Shown: positions 46,758-60,000, numbered from the stretch's first letter. The stretch is DNA of 64,000 nucleotides from Bugula neritina (GCA_964035545.1 OZ037772.1:8859150-8923149), one strand, 5' to 3'. The notes: a model not told the origin generated them from the sequence alone. Translations and numbers: made by a program.

Positions 46758-49632
46758 AAAGGTTAGATGAATTATTACCAAAATCTAAAAACATTTTTCA
46801 CATGATAATTTATTAAAAATATATGCTTTAAAATATTGTTTAGCATTCACAGTCAAGCCATAAAAGCCACAATCTGTTTCCATTTCAACGACTTATTTCA
46901 TATTGATATGCCAATACAAAATTTTAAGCATCAATTCTAAAAAAACATAACATGGTATGTTCAATCTTTGTATTTATTTTTATTAAAATCTAATGAAAAT
47001 AAGTTGAATCAGACATGTTTTTCATCTAAACTGATAGATACTCATAATGTCTTTAATCATTTTTAGATTTCATCTTGTATGCTATAGTATACTTTTATGT
47101 TTTTAGAGTTTCCATTGAACTATATTTTTTGCTTCTCTCTCTACACCAACACCTTAAAAACCCTGAGCACATCTCAACCATCAGGAGCCATAGGCTGTCT
47201 AAATGGAATTAGAGTGATTACTATGACTTGGGTGATTCTGCTTCACTCATTTCTTCCAAACTTCATGTTGATCTCAGGTATCGATAAGAATTTGAATTCA
47301 AGTTGACATAAACTTGGTTTTACTCTTTTTTTTTGTTCCTGAACACTTTTTTTTAGGTTTCATTTTTTTCTCTCTGTGAAATCTATGTTATTTTGCACTT
47401 TACTTTCAGACTACCCACAGCTAAACTTGTTAAAAATCTCACTATTTTATTAGAAAGCCCAATTTATATTTTTTGCCTTATATTTGTTCTATGTGCACTT
47501 TTCAATTCATCGATTTTACTCTTTTTTTGTTCCTGAGCACTTTTTTTAATTTTTGTTTTTTTTCTGCTTGTGAAATCTATGTTATTTTACACTTTACTTT
47601 CAGACTACCCACAGCTCTTGACTAATCTAATGTCGCAACCTGCTACTAGAGTTATGCTCTCTTTATTTCCTCCAATTGATTCATTTTTTCACCTTGGAGG
47701 ATTTCTTGTGGCGTACAGTCAGCTAAAAAAATTGACAGAGACAAAACCAAAAGTTTCTAGTTTCTTTAAGTCTCTGCCTACCCTGTACTTGCAGCGTTAC
47801 ATCAGGTGAGTGTCTGAATATGTTTTAAGCAATTGGTTTAAAGCAAAATCTGATAAAAAAACATTTTAATAGCGAAATATCATAAAATTGTCGACTCTTA
47901 TTATTTTTCATTACCAGTGAGCTTGTGAATATAGCTAAATATAACCTAAATAAAGCCTTTACACTAAAAGACAATTTCTACATTTAATGATAGGACACAT
48001 GAAACTAAAATTTTATCTAGAATATGCTACCGAATTCCACCAATTGCATACCCTTTTCTCTTGTGACATGTAATTCATGTTTAAGAAACATCCTCAGTAG
48101 TGAACTCTTATCAACTTTTAGTCTCGTAGTAAAACTTGTTTTTAAAAATATACTTTGGCAAAATTTTTCTTAGACTTATTGCAACTGACACAAAATTTGC
48201 ATGAGTGCATTATATAGTTGCTATTCCTGTGAGAACCTCTGAGTGAAAGAGGCTGCAGACTTTTCTTATTGTGGCATAGGATTAATTATGACTCAATGTT
48301 TTTTCTAACATCACCACCAGTGTTTGGACTTGAAGCACTAACTTGTAATTACCAGGCCAGCACTCTAACCTCTAAACCAATAATTGAAACCGATATGACC
48401 TAAATGTTTTGTCCTGACAGATTGACTCCTGCTTACGCCTTCATGATCTTGATTTGGACCAGTCTCATGTGGTATGTTTGGGATGGGCCATATTGGCCAA
48501 TTCCTAACTCAGTCAGGACAATGGCTGACACTTGTGTTGACAAATGGTACCTCAATATTCTCTACGTTAATAACCTTTTTAACCCTTGGCTCTCGGTAAG
48601 TATAGTATTTATATTCAGTGTATTCGGTTATTTCTGTTCAGTTTATCCAGTTTAAGTTGAGAAAAAAAGTTAATTTTTGAATGAAGGTAATTAATATAGC
48701 TGAAGACTATAAAATTAGAAAAAATTTTGATTGTATTCTTTGTAAGTATTTGTACAGCCAACTGCTAACACTCAAGTGAATCAATATATAGTACTAAATA
48801 TATACGTAGTTAGTATTTATTAGTTATAGTAGATTGTAGTTAGCAGTTACAGCTATATATATTTAGGAATTAATAGACGGTAATTGGCAAGTTAAGTTAA
48901 TTTTTAGTAATTGATAATTGTTGGTAATTAGAAAAGAATAAAAGTTTTAATAGAAAGGTGTTTAATTATTTTTGTATTTTGTAGTGCGCAGGGTGGAGTT
49001 GGTACTTGGCGAATGACATGCAGTACTTTCTCCTGGCTCCTTTTATTGTCTACGCATTCTACAAGTGAGTCATAGATGTAGTTGAAAAATTTAGTCGGCG
49101 CTGTTACTTTAGTGTTTACCCATTACCTCTTCTGGTCACTGGCAATGGTTACTGCTCCTGCATGCTAGCCTGAGGTCTTGGGTTTGAACCTCAGTGGGGG
49201 GAAAGTTTTGTAGTAGCAGCTTGTAGTAAAATTGTATGTACTTTCTGAATAAAATTTTTAATAAACTGACAGTGAAAATGCAGTCATTTATTGAAGTAAA
49301 AAATTAACATAAATTACGAAAATATAGCAGAAGTACACCAGTATGGGACAGTTACACTAGCTGCTATAGTTATAAGAAGTCACTGATATTTTATGGTAAG
49401 ATATTTCAGCTTTCAACCAACATTTAAATACATTTTAATATTTTCATTAAGTTGTTACCAACAATAGATATGTTTATAGCTCCATTGCATAATAAGCCAT
49501 TGCTAAAAGTTGTTAAGCCAAGAATAGACTGTCATTATATTGTATAAACTGTGTGTGTAGCCACTTTTCAACATCTGCAACATTTTTAACTAGTTTATTT
49601 GCCCCAAATAACACTTTTCTAATCTATATATA

Positions 49633-49658
49633 TGTGTGTGTGTGTGTGCGTGCGTGTG

Positions 49659-49750
<92 letters not shown>

Positions 49751-49762
49751 TGTGTGTGTGTG
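49633..49762. repeat. (TG)n/(TGCG)n microsatellite
   Basis: Directly visible. Confidence 0.97.
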
Positions 49763-50391
49763 TAAGGAAATTGTCAAAAGGCTAATAAAGTCAGATAATT
49801 ATATCCTTGTTATATGTATCAAACAGGTCACCTAAGATTGGGACAGCTGTGTGTTCCGGGACTATTCTGATCAGTACGATGGCATCTATTGGCGACTCCC
49901 ATCAGCAAGGATATCCGTTTGTTGGTGAAATTTCTGCTAATTACACTTTGTAAGTTAACCTGGTATAATTGAACGAGTTATTATATATTGTATCCACGCA
50001 TTGTATATATATATAGATACTCAACCTACTAACTCTCTCATTCACTCACTCTCTCATTCACTAACTCATTCACTAACTCAATCATTCACCAACTAACTTA
50101 TGGATTTAATTTAAGTAGATGAGTTATTCTATACCCATACTTAGCACAGATCGATGCTAAAAAGTTTACTAGCTCACCCATCTTGTTCACTCACTTTCGC
50201 TCAGTCTCAGTCAAAATGAGAACCAATAAAAAGGTTTATAAATGTCTCAGCATGCTGGCAACAACGTTTAAATTATTTTTGCTGTGACAAGAAAGCAGGC
50301 ATGATTAGATGCTTTTCCTAACACCACTAACAGACTTAATCCATGATCTTCTGCCCTACTAGATAAACACTCTAACCAGTAGATCATAACT

Positions 50392-51062
50392 GAATCCGGG
50401 ACATTTCGAAAATGGACAATTTGAAAATGGATAATTTGAAAATGGACAATTTGAAAATGGACAATTTGAAAATGGACAATTTGAAAATGGACAATTTGAA
50501 AATGGATAATTTGAAAATGGACAATTTGAAAACGGGCAATTTGAAAATGGACAATTTGAAAATGGACAATTTGAAAATGGACAATTTGAAAATGGACATT
50601 TGGAAAATGACATTTGGAAAATGACACCTGGAAAATAAAAAATATTCAACATGGCTTGGTCCAGAGAGAGCGTTTAGTATCTGGTCGGCTTCAAAAAGTT
50701 TTTTGCAAATGTGAACAATTTTAAATTAGAACTACTCTGTAACTAATTCTACTTCCATAATAACCTAACTGATTCGGCCATTATATTTATTTTTAAAAAA
50801 AGCTATTTTGCAAATGTGAACAATTTTAAATTAGAACTACTCTGTAACTAATTCTACTTCTATGATAACCTAACTGATTCGGCCATTTTATTTACTTTTA
50901 AAAGCTATTTTGAAATCGACCAGAAGCCGGACAGTCCCTCTGGACCAAACCATGTTGAATATTTTTTATTTTCCAAATGTCAATTTCCATATGTCTATTT
51001 TCCAATTGTCAATTTTTCAAATAGGTGTTTTCCAATTGTTATTTTCGAAATGTCATGTCACC
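50392..51062. mobile_element. Foldback-type non-autonomous element with 15-bp subterminal tandem repeats
   Basis: The left arm (GACATTTCGAAAAT, then ~14 copies of TTGAAAATGGACAAT, then GAAAATAAAAAATATTCAACATGG.TTGGTCCAGAG) is mirrored in reverse at 50937-51054. Internal ~105-bp tandem duplication at 50701-50910. No TSD recognised. Confidence 0.75.
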
Positions 51063-54009
51063 AGTTTGAATATGTTGAAAACATGATACTTCCCAATAGC
51101 GCATCAGCAAGGTAAATTCAAAACATTTAAAAGCAATATGTTTGAAAATAAAATAGAATAACAAAATCTTTTATCTATTTTCTTCTAATTTATTTTGTGT
51201 TATTAATTTAAATGCTATAAGTTGAATTATTACTATTTTCTAGTTATACGTGTTAAAACAACAAACTGAATTTAAAACGAAATAAATTATTACAGTTTTT
51301 TGGACAGCATAAGTTAAATTTAGTATTACCTTTATTATAGTGTTACTAATACATATATTCTGCAGCAAGACTAGCATTTATGGAGCTGTTTTCCCATTTT
51401 ACTTTGCACCTTGGGTAAGATATCAACCATATGGAGTGGGTCTTCTTTCTGGATTTGCTGTGTGAAAACTTAAAGACATGAAATATAAACTTCCACAGGT
51501 GAGGATTACGATATAGCTGTCAAAAAGCAATATCTTTTCCCATTTCTCATTTCACAAATTTAAAAAATACAAAAGTTTTCATCGACTGATACACACGAGC
51601 GTGAACTCACACACATTCCATGGCATCTATAACTTAAAAGAATAACACTAGAGTCTAGACTGTACATCCAAGTTTTGCTATTAAATCTTTTTGAAAAGGG
51701 TTTAGTCTTACCTATTGCAACTATATATGGTGTATAAATCCTCACTTTTTGTAAAATGATGTTATATTCAATAAATTTTGTTTTGATTTTATTAGAAAAA
51801 CTTTTGTAGCAATAGAGTTATGTTAACTATAAAACATAATGTTTCATTGTAGAAGTACAACATTCTGTTATGGTGTGCAGCTACCTGTCTCTGCGTGACA
51901 GTTGTATATGCCCCACATGCGGCTTTCATGGGACGTCATGTCATCTCCATGGCAGAAAATGACATCTACAATGGATTTGCAAGACTGGCCTGGACAGTTG
52001 GAGCATCTTGTGTGGTCATATCCTGTAGTCTTGGTCAGGGAGGTGAGAATATAACTATATGACATTTACTAAGAGGTTCATTGAGTGAATTCATGTTGAT
52101 GATACTTGTCAATTTCTTTAAAGAATCTGTTAAGGAAATTTAAGTACAGCATATGTAACTATTTATATTTGCTTCAAATTTTGGAATTCAGTTTGATTAT
52201 AACTATAAAGATACTTGATCTAAATCCCCAGTCACCAATTTCAATATAAAGTAACGGCCTAGCTATTGCTTTATTTATGTATCTCAAATAAAATGAATTT
52301 CTTTTGAAATATGAGTTCTTTTGTGTTATTTTGTCATTGCAAGCTGTTAAAATTTCTCTAATTTCAGGTTTGATTAATGAATTATTTCCGTCAGGGATAG
52401 TAATTATACATTTTGTGAATTTAATTTACATATTTGGTAAATTTTAGGTTGGGTTAATGAATTTCTGTCATGGAAAGGATTTGTTCCTCTGGGTAAACTA
52501 TCCTACTGCGTCTACCTTATCCATCTACCTATCATGAACGTATTAGTCTATGGAATAAGAACTGGCACTTACTACTCCACTTTGATGTTTGTAAGTGATG
52601 AGAAACCTTGAATATTTTCCTACCAGCGTGATGCTTTCTATAAACTCTCATGATGTTATATTTTATACAAGTTGATTATATATATGCCCCTACACACATA
52701 TATATTATGTGCATGTGGCGTGTGCATGTGTATACTGTGTAATTTAATATTTAATATTCCTTAGCATCGGATATATACAAAGTCAGTTTTGTGGCCAGAT
52801 CCAGTTAAGTTGCAAATATATAACCAGACCGAACAAAGCCAATAGAAATTATTGCACATAAAGTACTTAAAAAATAGTATGAAAAATAATTTGCACTGGT
52901 TGCTTATAGTGATTGAAATACCAAAATTTAATTAACTTTTAGAATATTTGATTTCTTAAGGAATTTAATATTACTATATTATTTAATTTGTTTAAAACCG
53001 TAGTTTTGAAACTAGAAAAGTTTATTTTTACTGGTGTTTGGAATTCCAAACACCAGTAAAAAATTAACATTCATGTACGTGTTTTAAAATTATGACACAT
53101 GGAAACACTGGTTAAAAACAACAACTTTTTGAAACTTATGATTTCAAAAAATTTATATGAATCTTTATTCAGGTCAAATGTTAAAAAAACTGCTGCTTTT
53201 TTGCAGACAAAAGACGTGATAGCAGCTATCGCCTTTTCCTACCTCATGGCTATTCCATTTTCACTGTTATTTGAAGCTCCTTTCACTAATCTGTCCAAGC
53301 TATTCCCACCGTCCAGCAACTTAAAATGAAAATTGTTGGCAAAGCTAAAGATCCATCAGAGAACTGCATTGCTGAACAACATCGAGATGTGTCACTACAT
53401 TTAATAAAAAACTAAACTGACAAAATTTAATAGTGTAATGTCAGATTTATCTTTGAAAATTGACTTATAACTGACCAAGGGGAAATTGCTTTTTAAGCAA
53501 TTATATATAAATGCCAGTATTTTATCATAATATCATCATAAAAGAATTTTCAAAGTTCTTCAGTTAGCCTACTATAATATTAAAATATATTGTTAAATCT
53601 ATGCTACTTTTACTTAAATATGTTGTTATTTGCTATAGTGTTTATAACATTTCATTCATTTAAAATGCAGGGAAATCGGTTATTCTGTTAGTGACTGTTA
53701 GTGACTATAATATAATTGGCAATAATCTTATTTTTATTATATTGTAATAATTATAATTATATGAGGTATCCTTTTCAAAACAAAATTTGAAAAATTTCAA
53801 AGGAACATAAACCTTGAGATTATTGTAATACTTGAAATGCTTTAAAACTCAATAAAAAACTTTTTATCTAATGCAAACATTCCAAATAAACTATGGAAAA
53901 TATTCAAGCTATTCAAGTTGAAATAAGAAAATAAAATTTTTGATGTCCAAGTGCATGGCAAGCAGGTAGAATTTAATGTAAAGTAGATAAAATTTCATTG
54001 CTGCACACC

Positions 54010-57000
54010 ATGAATTGTAAACTTTGTATAGCTAATATCAAACTTGCTACCATTTTTATCCTGGCTTCCTTTCCTACTAATGATGCAGATATGCTAACTG
54101 CTAGGGACTGGGAGTTGTCCCTGTATCGACCAGGTACCTTCAAACTTGTTGGTTGTAACTTTGACCTGTAGGTCATGCAGTCTTGATGTTACAGAGTTTA
54201 TCGCTGCATTTCCATCATTCCTAGATTATGCAAATGGATTTTTCTTTTGCCTAATGGAAATTATAGTTACCTAGAATGAAACTGCAACTACAATAAGTTG
54301 AGGCAAACCACAAACCACAATTAGAATTCACATAATGCGCAGTGTATATAAAAATACATACACATTTATTACTCACTGGAAATCTTTAGTTCTTAGCTAT
54401 TTTTCACTATTTAGCTGCTAATGAACATGGGTCTGCCCAAAACCAATAAAATATTAATAAATACACCTAAATAATAAAGGTTCTTTTTAATTCTGCTTTA
54501 TTTCCCATGTTTTTTTTTCTAATTATTCAGCTACTTTTAAATGTGGACTGTTACGGCTTTTTCGTACTGGTCCGCAATCCAAATTCTATCATACTTGTGA
54601 TTACATTTTCTGTTGTTTACTATAAAGCTATGCGGTGTATATAAGGAGCTTCTAGCTAAGCCAAAGTGTATAAATAAAGCAGCTTCTTTCATATATTATT
54701 CTAGAAAATTGTGCATGCATATGTTATATGAACTATGTGCATAGAAATAGTGTATACGATTGAGTATGTAAAGAAACATTCCCTGCGTTTCCATTGTTCG
54801 GCATTTTTCCAATTAATGCTCGTATTTATGGTCACCTCTTGCATTAACGCTTATGATTGTAGTTTCACTCGATGCAACTGTTTCCAAACACCAAATGAAA
54901 AATTCATGCAAAGCTTAGAAACGTATTTATTAAGCGATAATAGCTGACTTTAACATTGCATGTCATACTAATAATTGTAATTATAAAAATAAATACAGGC
55001 TAATGTTATATGAAGCTTCATAGAAGTCAACTCAACTCTATTGTGTCAATATTTGCAGATCAAGAACGTATCATCAACAAGAAATAGTTTGTTGTTAAGT
55101 TTTATTGTTGCAGGCTATGAAGCTATAAATATTGTAAATTCAACTCTTCATGGTGGGTATCCGTTATCTGATGTGTGTAGAGAAGCTCTTACACAGTTGA
55201 TAGCTAATAAAAGTGACCCCAATGTACTTGACTGTGAGTATACTTTATAGCTACTATAATATAGCTGCAGAATGCTTATCATTTTAGTAAGTGTAAAAAC
55301 TTTTTTCAAACAAAAAAGGATGCTTAAATACGTTATAGATAAGTGCAGGATTTAAATAAATTTGAATAACTTTTAGTCAAAACTATGATGTTATATAACA
55401 TGTTGTTTATACATACATATATCTAAAAAGGTATTTAATTATACAACTATAAATTTAGCTCAATTCATTTAAACATTAAATGATATATTATTGCAATAAA
55501 AGGCATTTAGATATTTGTCTTGTATTAATCATAAAAGAAGTAATTAAAATTTATGAAGCTACAGTTTTTGCTAACACTTTTTTCGAGGTGAAAATGTATC
55601 TTCTTACTTGTTTTTACCTAAAGATGTTTGTACAGCATGTTTAATAAAGCCAACTAATAAAGCTATCTATGTTTGTTGAATTTTGTTTTTAATAATTTGA
55701 GCAATTACTGCATGTATGTGCCTTTCATTGAAACCAAATATAGTACATCATCTATATGTTCAATACATACTAAAAGTGATAACTGCAGTTGGTGAAAGTA
55801 AAAGCGAAAGTGAAAGTTCTGATACAACTTGTAGACTTTGATTCATGGGGGAGAGTAGGTTCGGGCCGGTTATATGGCCACTCCAAATATCCGGGATACT
55901 TTGATCAGTGTATATTATTCAGTTCTCCGCTTCTTCCTAAAATAAAAACCAAATACTGTACAGCTTCGATAACATTTGTAAGTTATGCCAAGTTATTATT
56001 AATTCCTTAAAAAAGTGTTTCATAACTTTTTAACAGATGTTATAAATCTTACATAATGCAAAATATGCATGGTTCTGGAAGTTTTACTGTATTGTTAATG
56101 CTTAGAACGCTCAATAAATGTGTTTAACTTATCTTTCTGTCTGTCTGTTTGTCTATCTGTCTGTTTGTCACTCTGTGTACGCCTCTATGTTTGTCTATTT
56201 GTCTATCTGTCTGTTTGTCTGTCTGTCTGTCTATTTGTCTCTCTGTCTGTCCGTTTGTCTCTCTGTCTGTATATATGTATGTCTGTCTGTTTATCTGTCT
56301 GTCTGTCTGTGTTTCTGCCTGTTTACTAGTTTTAGTTTTTAGTATTGCGTTTGTGAATTTATAAATTAGTGGGAGTTATGACTTATGTCGCTGTAATTGT
56401 TCCAAAATTCCTTTGCAACCCTGTTATAGTAAAATCAGTCAAGTTATTTTATTATGTCATATAACAATACCGGGTATTCTATTTGTACCTATATTTCAGC
56501 CAGCATCTACTCCATTACAACTGGGAGTTTGCTCCCCAAAGCAATGTACTCCAGAAGATCTGTCACAACTCTACAACATATCTGTACAAAGTACTACAGT
56601 CAGTGTAACCTGTCAAAGACAAGATTATAAACTACCTCCTGGGGGTATTGTTACTTTGTAAGTGTTTTTAGTTTCGTAGTTTCAATGTTGTGTTGTTCGC
56701 TCCAAGCGTCAGTTGCACGCGTGCATGCATGTGCGTGCGTGCGTGTGTGCGTGCGTGTGTGTATGCGTGTGTGCATGGGTGTGTGCGTGCGTGTGTGCGT
56801 GTGTGCGTGTGTGCGTGTGCGCGTGCATGCGTGTGCGTGTGTGCGTGTGTGTGCGTGTGTGCGTGTGTGTGTGTGTGGTGTGAGTTTATTCATTAGAATA
56901 ATACTCTTTGTTGGTAATGACCACCATGTGTTTGTAGAGTAGTGGTTGGTCTGTTAGTAGTGTTAGCAATAGTTGCAACACTCACTGAAGGTGTTCTCCA

Positions 57001-60000
57001 ATTAGTAGGCTCTGAAGCTGCAGAAAACCAAGAACCCGATGAATCAACTAAACAGAGCTCAACAAAATTCAGTATGTTTCCTACATCTTGTGAATAATTT
57101 AGGTAGACTTTATGAAAATAAGCATTAATCATAAAATATATTTTATGAATATGTATTATCATCTAAAAAGTTTACGATATTCTTAGATTCCTATCTCTAA
57201 TAATATTGATGTTAGTGAATTTCAGTATAAGTTGAAAGATTTAATAATCTAATAAAGAGTATTGGTGACATGACTTAATTCTTATGATACAACTAATCCT
57301 GTCTGAAGTTTCAATACCCATACTTACTTTCAAGTCAAGCTTGTATTACTTTATGTCTGACAACACAAGGGTTTTAGTTTGTATATACAGAGTTCAGTTT
57401 ATCGGCAACAGACATTACTATATAGTAACTTATAGTATTTAAAATTCTTGCTTATAGAAACCCTAAGACTTGAGATAATGAAATAAAGAGCATCCGAATT
57501 CCTTGTTTTTCAGGGTCGTTGCTATTATTGTTGTAATATTTACACAGTTTATGTAAACTTGGAGTTACCTTTTCTTGATGTTTTAGCTGATCAATTATTA
57601 TTCTGTTTTTGAAAAAGATAGTCACTTCCTGTTTGACAAACTGTAGTGCTTGATTAAAATAAACTGAAGATTAAAACTAATCCACTAATAATTGCTAGAT
57701 AAATAGACATCTAAAGAATAAAACAATTATTACCTTTAGTTTAGTGATATTTTTTGCAACTGTATGTATTTGTAGAGTATCTGTTGAAGATTCTGCTATG
57801 TTTTTCCGTGTACACAAACGCTCAGAATCTGATGAATACCTACCAATCTAAAATAGCCATCAAGTGTATCAATGGCATTAGATTCATCTCAATGACTTGG
57901 GTGATTTTGGTGCATACCTTTCAAGGCTTATCAATCTTCATAGCAAGTACGCGTTTAACTATCATACAAATGCTCACCAATTGTTTAGTCACTATCCCTG
58001 TGAGAAACCTCTGATAGAAGGGGTTTTTGTTAAATCAGGCTAAGAACTTATTCAGATGCCCCACTAACAAAAAGCATTGATATGACGCATGGGGCACAAT
58101 GGCAATTATCACTTATATAGATGCTTTTCCTAATATTACCAATAGCCTTTGAGACTCAAACTACTATAAGGCAAACGATCTAACCCCTAGACCATTGCTG
58201 CTCCCAAGTTTAACTATCATAAAAACAGTAATAATTTCAGTAGTGCAATATGGCAGCTAAATTTACTTACTACAGTTCGTGACTGCTCCATTGCTTTAAT
58301 AATTGTAGACAATCCTAAATTCAAGGTGGCTTTGTTCTCGAGTTTTGCTTCCCAAGTTGTGGCGAGTATTTCATTCTCAGTGGACACGTTCTTCTTGCTC
58401 AGTGCTATTCTTATTGGTTTTCTTCAAATAAAAAATCTAGCAAAGGAGGAGCCAACGACTAAAATATTTTTCAAATCTCTCCCCCATCTTTATTTGCACC
58501 GCTACATCAGGCAAGCAGTAAATTTTTGATCCACATATATGCATAGTATTCAAGCCGAAAAATGCTCATTTAAATTCAAGCAACCAAAGTTTTGATGATT
58601 GTCATTAGAATGAAAAGAGTTGGTTAGGCAGAAAATTTACCTTGAATGATGTTTAAATCCAATTTTGTATAAGAAACATATACACGCACTGCTGACTGTT
58701 GAATGGCCTACTTTCACTCAGTTAAGTATACTGACTGAAGCATTGTTTGTGCATCTAACTCAAAGTGTTCTTATATAAATGGTCATCAACTCATTTTTGA
58801 ATCATGCTTGTCTGATTGTTAGTAGGAAAATGGATATGTAGCTAGGTAATTTAGAAACTTCTTTATAGAGAACAGTAGTAACAGCTGAACTAATACTTAA
58901 ATATATGCATGTAAAATGGTTAAAACAGTCGTTTTTACTTTGATATCTGGTAACCGAATGTAATTTAATAGAAAGGTTTGCTTTGTTTAGATTGACCCCG
59001 GCCTACTTGATGCTAATCCTAATCTGGAGAAACCTTATCTGGTACATGTCAGATGGCCCGTACTGGCCCAACCAGGCCAAATATATGGAACCAATTTGTC
59101 TAAACAAGTGGTACCTGAACTTGCTCTATGTGAACAACTTGTTCAATCCCTGGCAAACTGTAAGTACGAATGAAATGTAAGCTAGGCAGTATAAAACTTT
59201 TGCCCCTTCAGGATTCGAACCTAAGATTTCTGGCTTTCAAGCAAGCGCTAACCATTACACCACAGGGGCAACTGGGAAAACCCAACACTACAGAGGGCTA
59301 TAACTTGATAGTGTCACAGAAAACTGGTCAATTTACCTTATTTCGTTCACACCAGCTAGCTAAGACAAAAAATTAAAAACAATTTAAAATCAAAGCAAAT
59401 TAAAGGGCCGCAAATGCAGGTCAAACAGCTATACAGTTCCTTGTGACGACATCAAAAATTTCTTGATCATGACTACTAACTTTTATTTTAAACTTCTGAA
59501 TAATAATTAACGAAAAAAAACTCGATATATAGAAAATTCTGTAGAGATAAGCCTTGTTTTCGTTTTAATGAAGCCTCTAGTAACTTCATTTATGGAACCA
59601 ATATTCCTAATACTTAAAAATTGCTTCTATGTATATGCCATGCAGGCATTGAAATAGTTATATTAATGTTTACTATATATTCACTATATATTTTATTTAT
59701 CATTATATTATAGTAAAATAATACATATATAATATATTTACTTTTGTCAAATCACAAACCTGTTGTATTGTTTTGCAGTGTGTAGGTTGGGGATGGTATC
59801 TTGCTAACGACATGCAATTCTTTGTCATATCTCCTTTTGTTATGTATGCTTTACACAGGTACGTACTTTGGTTACCTTGTAATGCATGTTTATATTGTAG
59901 AGCTCTGATAAATTTCTGCTCATCTGTGCAACAAAAGTGTATGTATATGAAGTTGCACAGAAGCTTTGCTATTGGTTGTCAGTTTTGAATCTAAAATAAC

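Noticed and set aside
50268-50652. Repeat-peptide ORFs (MDNLK)n / (IVHFQ)n and a superficial CRISPR-like look
   Set aside because: This is a head-to-tail 15-bp array with no unique spacers, in the arm of an inverted-repeat element within a eukaryotic intron; there are no cas genes.
51463-51465. TGA recoding (Trp or selenocysteine), since TGA also replaces Trp in the lectin and Academ relics
   Set aside because: TGG->TGA is a single transition, each affected sequence also has frameshifts, the position is Trp rather than Cys, and the intact copies use TGG throughout.
52361-52390. Apparent partial duplicate of the exon 13 start (CAG|GTTTGATTAATGAATT)
   Set aside because: Only ~18 AT-rich bases next to a SINE remnant; it could be chance.
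54735-54947. ORF with a hydrophobic stretch as candidate exon 1 of copy 4
   Set aside because: It overlaps a family D MITE fragment (CTGCGTTTCCAT end). The homologous exon 1 ending SLYRP-G|GT is at 54010-54133.
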